This document shows positions 35,184 to 45,319 of a stretch of 64,000 bases of DNA, one piece after another. This DNA comes from Antedon mediterranea. Taxonomy: Eukaryota > Animalia > Echinodermata. The notes under the pieces are model-generated. The model was not told the DNA's origin. It saw only the letters and a list, made by a program, of their open reading frames with translations, and did not search any database. Within the stretch, counting starts at the first letter, position 1, and each line of letters starts with the position of its first letter. A program made the translations under genes and the position numbers. Location: assembly GCF_964355755.1 (NCBI RefSeq), contig NC_092678.1:1256422-1320421 (forward strand), read 5' to 3'.

Positions 35184-38100
35184 ATGATGATGAATCTAAA
35201 GGTGACAGTTGTGGGTGACGGTGCAGTCGGCAAAAGCTGTATGCTAATAAGCTACAACACGAACTCATTCCCATCGGAATACGTTCCCACTGTGTTTGAC
35301 AATTACGCAGCTAACGTATTGCATAAAGGAAAGGCGTATAACATAGCATTTTTTGATACAGCTGGCCAGGTACAAATATTATAATACAGTAGAACCCTTT
35401 CTTTAGGACACTCCTGTTCATGGGACACTCCTGTTCATGGGGCACCCCTGTTCATGGGACACCCCTATTAATGGAACACCCCTGTTCATGGGACACCCCT
35501 ATTAACAGAACACCCCTGTTCATGGGACACCCCTATTAACAGAACACCCCTGTTCATAGGACACATCTGTTCACGGGACACCCCTGTTCACAGAACACAT
35601 CTGTTCATGGGACACCCCTGTTCACAGAACACCCCTGTTCATGGGACACTCCTGTTCATGGGACACCCCTATTAATGGAACACCCCTGTTCATGGGACAC
35701 TCCTGTTCATGGGACACCCCTATTAACAGAACACCCCTGTTCATGGGACACCCCTATTAACAGAACACCCCTGTTCATGGGACACCCCTATTAACAGAAC
35801 ACCCCTGTTCATAGGACACATCTGTTCATGGGACATCCCTATTAACGGAACACCCCTGTTCATGGGACACCCCTGTTCACAGAACACCCCTGTTCATGGG
35901 ACACTCCTGTTCATGGGACACCCCTATTAATGGAACACCCCTGTTCATGGGACACTCCTGTTCATGGGACACCCCTATTAACAGAACACCCCTGTTCATG
36001 GGACACCCCTATTAACAGAACACCCCTGTTCATGGGACACCCCTATTAACAGAACACCCCTGTTCATAGGACACATCTGTTCATGGGACATCCTATTAAC
36101 GGAACACCCCTGTTCATGGGACACTCCTGTTCATGGGACACCCCTATTAACGGAACACCCCTGTTCATGGGACACTCCTGTTCATGGGACACCCCTGTTA
36201 ACGGAACACCCTGTTCATGGGACATCACTGTTCATAAGACACCCCTGTTTATGAGACACCCCTGTTCATGAGACACCCCTATTTATGAAACACCCCTTTT
36301 CACAGAACACCCCTGTTCATGGGACACCCTTGTTCATGGGACATCCCTATTCACGGAACACCCCTGTTCATGGGACACCCCTGTTCATGGGACAGCCCTA
36401 TTAAAAAGACACTTTCCTGTAAAACAAGTGCAGGCCAATGTATATTTTAACACTACTGTATATCGAACCCCATATTCAGAGGACACCCTTATTTAAGGGA
36501 CACTATTTTAAGGGTAAACTCTTTAATGGGAACAGTTCTGAAATCTTTAAAAAAAAAAAGTTAATTCTCATGATAATTTCTTATTTCAGGAAGATTATGA
36601 TAGGTTGCGTCCATTGTCCTATCCTGGAACCGATGTCTTCCTGCTGTGTTTTAGCGTTGCTAGCAGAGACTCATTAACTAATATTCCAGAAAAATGGCTT
36701 CCTGAATTAAAACACTTCTGCCCATCTACACCTATAGTACTAGTTGGCAATAAATCAGGTAAGTTTCCTAAGTTTTTACAATACCCTACATTTTTTTAAA
36801 GTCCATTAAAAAGACTTCTTGATCTCTGACAGGATTTAAACCAGGAATCCACTTTACATGGTTATAACATATGCATCATTGTTTTTCTGCCATCAGATTT
36901 AAGAAGTTCGAGTCGAGCTTCTGAACATTTGGTGCCATTGAGTGAATGTAAGAGTGCAGCCAAGAAGTTTGGCCTGACATATCATGAGACAAGTGCTCTC
37001 ACCATGGACGGCTTGAAGGAACTATTTGAATATGTGGTAGGTAATCTTTATACAAATCTGCTAAATATCTATTTTTACATAGTTTATCTGTTTTTTAAAT
37101 GTTATATACCACTCCTGTAGTTTTATATACCTTTGACCCTTTTCTATATAATCAAATTGTTTGTTTGAGCTTGTTAACAAAATATTAGACCAATAAAGAG
37201 TGTATTGTGTATAAAATCTATTCAGGATCCCCACTATTAAGAGCACACTTTGTTTTATGTCCCGAAGGTGTCCCTTAATAGAGCTTCTACTATAGTGTAT
37301 TATATATAGTGTATATTGTATGGGGCAAAAAAATGTGTTGTGCCCATATATAGACATAATGATGTCATATCACTACCATATTTAAGCATATCACTACTAT
37401 ATTTGGGCATGTCACACTTTTTTCATACTAGTTTAATAGTGTAGACAGGGCTTAATATTCCAGCTCTTAATTTTGGTTTTATTCATTCAAGATTGATGTA
37501 GGCGTGGCCCAGACTACAAAGTCAAAAAGGAAGTCAATTTTTGGCAAACGTAGTGCCAAAGCTGTTCCGCTTCCTCCAGTGATGCCTCCAGCTGGTGAGT
37601 ACAGATTTCTTTGCAGTTACTGCAGTAACTACTACTTGTTTACTCTTTAACCTGTTTATACCTTTTTCTGGATAATCACACACACACAGGTGTTGTAATG
37701 TATAATAAATCTAAATTATTTTGATTTAATTAATAATAAGTTATTGTCTTATATTCTTTATTACAGGTCAAGCACCATGGATAGAAATAAAGACATCTGT
37801 ATTTGGAGAGCACTGGTTAAATGCTCTTCGTCAGCCGCAACACGCTGATGTAACATTTCTCGTTGGCAATGCGCAACTACAGGCACATAGGCTAGTACTA
37901 TGTTGCGCTTCTAAATTCTTCGCCCGCTTGTTTGCGATAGAACCGCCTCAAATGGTATGTTGTTTTTAAATTCATCCATGCACCTACAATAAATACATAA
38001 GACTGAATATAAAAAACTTTGCATATAAAGGAACACTTGAATGGAACAACCTTAGTGTTGACATTCACTCGTCTACGGCCATACAAACTTGATTAAAACG

Positions 38101-41100
38101 TTTACATATATATTTATATAATATATGACATAATATTATTAAAACATTGTTGAAATTGTATTTGTATTTTGTTGTTTGTGCACAGCCCAGGAAAAACAAC
38201 CATGTGATGATCTGGGCCTCTGTGGTTAAATAAAGTAGAACCATGTGATGATCTGGGCCTCTGTGGGTAAATAAAGTAGAACCATGTGATGATCTGGGCC
38301 TCTGTGGGTAAATAAAGTAGAACCATGTGATGATCTGGGCCTCTGTGGGTAAATAAAGTAGAACCATGTGATGATCTGGGCCTCTGTGGGTAAATAAAGT
38401 AGAACCATGTGATGATCTGGGCCTCTGTGGGTAAATAAAGTAGAACCATGTGATGATCTGGGCCTCTGTGGTTAAATAAAGTACAACCATGTGATGATCT
38501 GGGCCTCTGTGGGTAAATAAAGTAGAACCATGTGATGATCTGGGCCTCTGTGGTTAAATAAAGTAGAACCATGTGATGATCTGGGCCTCTGTGGGTAAAT
38601 AAAGTACAACCATGTGATGATCTGGGCCTCTGTGGTTAAATAAAGTACAACCATGTGATGATCTGGGCCTCTGTGGGTAAATAAAGTAGAACCATGTGAT
38701 GATCTGGGCCTCTGTGGGTAAATAAAGTAGAACCATGTGATGATCTGGGCCTCTGTGGGTAAATAAAGTAGAACCATGTGATGATCTGGGCCTCTGTGGT
38801 TAAATAAAGTACAACCATGTGATGATCTGGGCCTCTGTGGTTAAATAAAGTAGAACCATGTGATGATCTGGGCCTCTGTGGTTAAATAAAGTAGAACCAT
38901 GTGATGATCTGGGCCTCTGTGGGTAAATAAAGTAGAACCATGTGATGATCTGGGCCTCTGTGGGTAAATAAAGTAGAACCATGTGATGATCTGGGCCTCT
39001 GTGGTTAAATAAAGTAGAACCATGTGATGATCTGGGCCTCTGTGGTTAAATAAAGTAGAACCATGTGATGATCTGGGCCTTTGTCGTTAAATAAAGTAGA
39101 ACCATGTGATGATCTGGGCCTTTGTGGGTAAATAAAGTAGAACCATGTGATGATCTGGGCCTCTGTGGTTAAATAAAGTACAACCATGTGATGATCTGGG
39201 CCTCTGTGGGTAAATAAAGTAGAACCATGTGATGATCTGGGCCTCTGTGGGTAAATAAAGTAGAACCATGTGATGATCTGGGCCTCTGTGGTTAAATAAA
39301 GTAGAACCATGTGATGATCTGGGCCTCTGTGGTTAAATAAAGTAGAACCATGTGATGATCTGGGCCTCTGTGGTTAAATAAAGTACAACCATGTGATGAT
39401 CTGGGCCTCTGTGGTTAAATAAAGTAGAACCATGTGATGATCTGGGCCTCTGTGGTTAAATAAAGTAGAACCATGTGATGATCTGGGCCTCTGTGGGTAA
39501 ATAAAGTAGAACCATGTGATGATCTGGGCCTTTGTCGTTAAATAAAGTAGAACCATGTGATGATCTGGGCCTCTGTGGTTAAATAAAGTAGAACCATGTG
39601 ATGATCTGGGCCTCTGTGGTTGAATAAAGTAGAATTGAATAATAATAATAATACATATATCCTAAAATGTGTGATAACAAATTTGCCATTAGTTAATACA
39701 AATATATTTAAAGAATAGGAGAAACTATTGCAAAGTAAGTTCCTCTATACACAATATTGAGTTTAATTTTGTTCCTCATCTATCAAGATTTATAATAATA
39801 ATAATTATTTTTACAGAATAATAAGAAAGTTAATAACGCAGACAAGCCTTACAGCAATAGTGATGTGAATGAAGGGAAGATTCAAGGACTTGCAGGAATA
39901 TTGGAGGAAAAGAAAGAGGATAAAACATCAATGACGTTTGTTACAATCAGTGCGGATGTCGCCTTCAAACCGTTCAAACAGTTGTTGGAGTTTTACTACT
40001 CAGGTACTTAAAGTTTTATTAAAGCTCTGTCTACACTAACAAGTTTGACAAAAAAAGTGTGATGTGCCCAAATATGGTAGTGTTATGACATCATCATGTC
40101 CATATATGGGACACATTTTGTCACATAAAGATAGAGCATTAGAGTACAGAAGCCTCAACTTGGAAAAATAAAATATTGGAATATTTTATGAAAGCATAAA
40201 CAAACAATAGAGGGCACTATATTACAGAAAAAATAAACCATAGAGGGCATCATTTAAACAATATTTATCCAGTTTTTTATCATTTCTTTATCTAATTGGA
40301 GTTCTTTGTAATAATAATATTCGATAATTTTAATATATAATATAGAATATTATTAATAAAGAGATATTCATTTATTTAACTCCACAGGTTTACCATGTTT
40401 AGACGCCGAAGAACCTGAAGAAGATTTAAAAGCGCTAAGAGATGTTGCCAAGATCTTCAACGAGCCCCGCCTAGAAGAGGTTGTCAATAACTTGGAGAAT
40501 GATGAGGAATTTCTAAATCCAAGTATAGGAACATACTTAAATGATGAGATGGGAAAACAGGCCAAACAACTGTTTTTTAACCAGCCTGCTTTATCTGATA
40601 TGAAATTCAATGTTGAAGGTACTGTATATATATTTTGAATTCTTTAATTTTAAGAAATTGGTTGGTAATGAAATAAAAACATTTTACATTTCATTGCAAC
40701 TCATTTGTCGTATTCGATTGTGAACTTCCGTACTTTTTGTATTCAAATGGTAAATTGTAAATGGATTGTGCTCAACAAAAAATCATTGGAATAGAAAGCA
40801 TTAACAACACAAGCTTTTTCGTTAAGAACAATCTCAACGCTATAAATACTTGGTTAAATAAGTACACAACAGAAAAACTGTACTCAAAGCTAAAGTCCCA
40901 TTGTTTATTCTATTTGTGCAATATTATTTTCAAATGCTGTAATTTATTGATAAAATATTATCCACTTTTTCTTCAATTAGGTACAACTGTGTATGCTCAT
41001 AAAATTGTCTTAGCAACCAGAAGTGAAGTCATGTCAGCCATGTTTAGTGGTAACTTTGCCGAAGGGAGCTCGGGAGAAGTCTCTATAACGGACACAAATC

Positions 41101-41879
41101 TTGATAATTTCTTAGCGCTTTTGGAATATCTCTACACCGACCATTCTCCAATTGAAGAAGGGGATTCTATCGGTATCATGATACTGGCCGACCGCTTTTG
41201 TCAACCGCGTCTCAAGAATTTATGCGAGTTGTACATCACAAAAGAGGTCGAGGCGGCAAGTGCTAATAGTATCAAAGACGCTGATATTGACGTTATACAA
41301 CTTCTAGAAACATCACAGGTACATAAAAAATGATAATTTTTTTAACTGAAAACTTTGGAATTTAGATATTTATATCCTACTTGTTTCAAATAATGAACTG
41401 TATTGAAAGTAGTTTTTATTTAATTCATAAACACTTATGTAGTAGAATTCCTGTTTAGGACACCCTTATTCAGAGGACACTCTACTGTAATTTAGGAGAC
41501 ATTTTTTTTCAACAACTAATAGAATAAGATATTTAACTATAGCGAACCCTTATTCAGAGGACATGTCTATTATGGAGAAACTTTATTGGGTCTCAAAACT
41601 GTCCCCTTAAATAGAGGTTCTCTATGAGTTACTTTGATAATTATTATATATTCCTTTCTTTATCAGATGTACAACTCAAAACAACTCTCAGATTGGTGCC
41701 TTCATTTCATCTCCACCAATTACACGGCATTTGAACAAAAGGAGGAGTTCACGAATCTAACTGAACCAAATATGGATTTTGTTACCAAGAACCGCTGGCC
41801 TCCAGTCGATTATTTGAAAGAAGTTGAGGAATACGAAAAGATGATGGAAAAATCTGGAGAAAAATGTTCAGTTATGTAA
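35184..41879 (+). CDS. RhoBTB-family protein of RacA-like type: Rho GTPase, Pro-rich linker, 2 BTB domains, C-terminal CAAX (exons 35184-35369, 36590-36758, 36897-37036, 37492-37594, 37767-37954, 39817-40003, 40388-40618, 40981-41318, 41667-41879)
   Basis: GTPase motifs [41 protein letters not shown] and [12 protein letters not shown] linker; BTB1 ADVTFLV...AHRLVLC; BTB2 [17 protein letters not shown]...LEYLYTD; [10 protein letters not shown]; ends CSVM*. Phases are consistent. Confidence 0.92.
35387..36540. mobile_element. Tc1/mariner(pogo)-like MITE whose 16-17-bp subterminal motif expanded into a ~1-kb array; unexpanded relatives at ~37235-37292, 41440-41605, 42588-42720
   Basis: Starts TA|CAGTAGAACCC and continues as (ggacacccctgttcatg / gaacacccctattaac)n. 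Relatives show cagtagaacc...aggacaccc...tgtcccttaatagaggttct. Confidence 0.65.
38198..39632. repeat. 41-bp tandem array, 35 copies, in RhoBTB intron 5
   Basis: Unit aaccatgtgatgatctgggcctctgtgg(g/t)taaataaagtag; 1435 bp equals 35 x 41. Confidence 0.97.
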
Positions 41880-42960
41880 TAGGAATGTGTAAGAAAATGT
41901 GGACAATGTTATTTTCTTTACAGAATTAGATTTTATTGAGAATGTCCAGGTCGACATGATGATAAATTGTTGTGCGACTGTTTTGTTTGAAAATCATGGT
42001 AAACGAATGTAAATAAAAGTCCACATTGCATCATAATACAGATAATAGTTCTATGTTTGTTTAAACAGGGTAACAAAATTAATGTAAATAGAAGTCCAGA
42101 ATGCGGTTGATTAAATGTTCATTACGCTAAAGTATAATTATTGTTATTGAAGTTGAATACTTATTATATCTAGGAATTTAAGGAACACAATATTATTCAT
42201 ATTATATTATAATAGTCAGTATTATATAATAGTCAATAGGGTCTTAATATCTAACACGAAAGTAAATGCAATACATATATAATAATTCACTATTTTGTTA
42301 AAAAATAATATATAGTCTTGTCTATTTTATGTCGCAATATTAATGTGTACTTGAATTTTACTATGCTTATTAAACTTTTTTATTTCTGTGTAAAAAACAA
42401 AAATGAGAAGTTTTGTTAATAAAATTGAATTCTTCAATACTGCAATGTCTATTAAGAATTTCAAGTCAGTTATGCGTATTAAGCTCTGTCCACACTATCG
42501 AAATGTGACAAAAAATGCGATGTGCCTATATATAGACATGATGATGTCATTACACTACCATATTTGGGTTTAGATAGAGCTTTAATAACAGCAGAACCCT
42601 CATTTAGGACATCACTAATCAGAGGACACATTCCCTAAAACGAACGAAAGGCAATATGATTCACTAGGGCCAATCCTTCCATTGCACTCCTCCATATTAA
42701 GGGAGAACTTTTCTGTGAAACGAAATTGGTGAAATATATCTCTTTAAAGCCCTGCCTACACTATCAAACTAGTTTGACAAACAAAGTATGATGTGCCCAA
42801 ATATGATAGTGATATGACATCATCATTTCCATATATGGGCACATTTTTTGTCACATCAAGTTTGATAGTGTAGACAGCTCTTGACACTAGAGTCAGTGGA
42901 CATTCTTATTAAGAGGATACTGCTATGTCCCTGTGTGCCTCTTTAGCAGCTCCACTTAGT

Positions 42961-43935
42961 TTAGTTAATTCCGATGGCATCTTTGAGACACTTTGCAAAA
43001 GATTTATTTCTGATAGTATAAATTATCGGATTCATAGCAGAGTTCGAATAAAGAACTACAGTTACGTAATAATAAGCCGTTATGAAGGTAGCAGGATTGA
43101 AAGTACAATTACTTAAAATATAAAACGCAAACGTCATCAAAACCAGCGTGTAGGGAATGAAACACAATATGTAGCAGCCAAACACAATAGTTGTTGTTTT
43201 TGTTGCTGCGTCGATCTTGGTTGGTTTCCGCTTAGTGTTTCTCTTGTCGTTGTCAATGGACACAACCCGCCGGTTACTTCTTCTTGCTGTTGTACATATT
43301 TTGTAATTCATTCGAAATAAAATTATTAACATCAGTAGTTGTATCACAGCGTCCAAGAGGATGTATACGTTGATAAGGTCGGTTAACTGCAATGTTGATA
43401 CGGCTGCACCGTACAAGAAACCAACCGACCATCCGCAGTATATCAACGTCTTTATGTGCTCACCAGATGTCAGTTTAATAAAGTGGAACGGATGGACAAT
43501 GGCCGTGTACCTCTCTATTGTGAGAACCATGATATGGAACTGAGAGATGTACATCAACCACCAGAGGATGTGCTGGAAGAACAACGTCATAGGTAGACTG
43601 ATCCGAATGATGTTGTTTAGGATCCAGATGCAGCCAATGATGCCTGTCAGAAGATCAACAATGTTCAGACTTCGTTGAATATGCTTTGTCGTGTGACGAC
43701 ACTCCTTCTTCTTCATGGATACAAAAATCACAAGAGAGTTGCCAATGTTTATGCAAATTGACAGAATTATCCACACTGCCACATACCACAGGTCAACCTC
43801 GGCGTAGGAGATATAGTTTTGTTGGATGCCATTACTTCTATTTGTCATTGTCATGATGTCAGAGAGTTTTTTTGCTTTACAAATGATGGTCAGAGGAATA
43901 TGAAACAGGAATAGAACAAGTACGTGTGTGCACAA
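42961..43935 (-). CDS. Intronless class A (rhodopsin-like) GPCR, orphan; true start probably at a downstream Met (~43854)
   Basis: Seven hydrophobic segments with TM1 GNSLV, TM2 SLNIVDL, TM3 ERYTAIVHPF, TM6 CFIPY, TM7 NSAMNPIIY and helix 8 RNKSF. Confidence 0.9.
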   Translation of the reverse strand: MCTHVLVLFLFHIPLTIICKAKKLSDIMTMTNRSNGIQQNYISYAEVDLWYVAVWIILSICINIGNSLVIFVSMKKKECRHTTKHIQRSLNIVDLLTGIIGCIWILNNIIRISLPMTLFFQHILWWLMYISQFHIMVLTIERYTAIVHPFHFIKLTSGEHIKTLIYCGWSVGFLYGAAVSTLQLTDLINVYILLDAVIQLLMLIILFRMNYKICTTARRSNRRVVSIDNDKRNTKRKPTKIDAATKTTTIVFGCYILCFIPYTLVLMTFAFYILSNCTFNPATFITAYYYVTVVLYSNSAMNPIIYTIRNKSFAKCLKDAIGIN

Positions 43936-44813
43936 GCTACGGATAATGCAAGTTATCTTTGATTTCCTATGTGTACAACAATTTTAATGTAGGTTACAAT
44001 ATTCATCCATTAATTCCATTTCATTGGCAGAGATCACGTTTGACGTAGTAAATGAACCATTGACGTCAGGAATCTAGAGATATATTCCAATGGAGTAAGT
44101 GCGATTTCCTTCGTATGCTTATTTCAGATCAGTTAAACGCTTTGTAGGCCTATATCCACTCTCACCCGTATCCTTAAATAGTTATTCAGGTACTGTACTA
44201 GTAAAGATCACCAGCTTGTTTGGTATGTTTTGCCTAACGAACGGCTATTAACACAATTATCGCGCGTATCAATAAGACCTATCAACGTCAAAACACTAAT
44301 TAATTCCTATCTGTCTTAATAATATCTACGATATCTTTTATCTTTTAATTGATCAAACACAGCGTTGTTTTAGTAAATTTAATAGATTTTCTAAAAGGGT
44401 TTGAAGAGCACTTGACATAGGGTACACAGAGTTAATGAATGTTTGTCAAAAAGATTGGCATTCACATGGTTACTAGGCTATATTTGTTCTTGATAATTTT
44501 GCCTTATTTGGTTTGAGATGATGATCTGATGGAAGAGACGTAGTAGCAGCAATACAAATAGGCCTATCAGATCATTCTTGCTTGCTTGCCAAGATCTAGA
44601 ATGTTCCTAAAGTAATAACATGTTAAATATATGGTATGTCTAATATTAATGTGTTATTATTTTTATAATATGTTATGGTTAACTAATTCTTGAAGAGAGC
44701 ACGTAATTGAAAAATGTTTGTTCTGCGCCTGTGATACCCTCTCAGCTAGATGTCGAGAATGTTTCTTTATAACACAATAGAAGGCTATTGTGAATTATAG
44801 AGAAAAAACAGTA

Positions 44814-44860
44814 GTCTAATCAGGGAGTTGTAAACTTATTTTACAACTCCCTGGTCTAAT
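44814..44860. mobile_element. 33-bp transposon remnant with 14-bp TIRs and a 7-bp target duplication (P-element-like excision footprint)
   Basis: gtctaat | cagggagttgtaaa cttat tttacaactccctg | gtctaat. Confidence 0.7.
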
Positions 44861-45319
44861 TACCGATTAAGTTCGTTGCTTAGATACTGTAAACGATCTC
44901 TAATTTTGAGGGCTCCCTTCATATGATTGGTTGATCGCAAAGAAGGCAGACGATTAGGATGGTAAATGGCTTTTGTAGTTAATGACTTTTATAATATGTA
45001 ACATTTATTCTAGAATGTGTAGAAAGCCTAGGTCCTGCTTATTATTATACACTGCATGTAATCTTACATCTTTCTGAGTAAATCTAGGCCTAGAGGGTAG
45101 GCCGCCTAGTGTTTAGCTAAGCTAGACCCACCATATCAGAGGGTAGGTAGGTAGCCCAGGCCTAGCTAGAGGCCTACTAGGGTCTAGGGCTAGGCCTAAT
45201 GCCATCTAGTTCCTGTCAGTGTCAGGCCGGCCTTTCTATCTAGGCCTAGGTAGGCCTAGGCCTATACTAAATTTAACATTGTAACATTTTATCCTCTTTT
45301 CATTTCAGAAATATTTAGA

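Noticed and set aside
38065-39556. Many overlapping minus-strand ORFs ([15 protein letters not shown]...)
   Set aside because: Translation artefacts of the 41-bp array. The same applies to ORFs at 15607, 36083, 51020-51765, 52366, 55954-56933 and 62606-63096.
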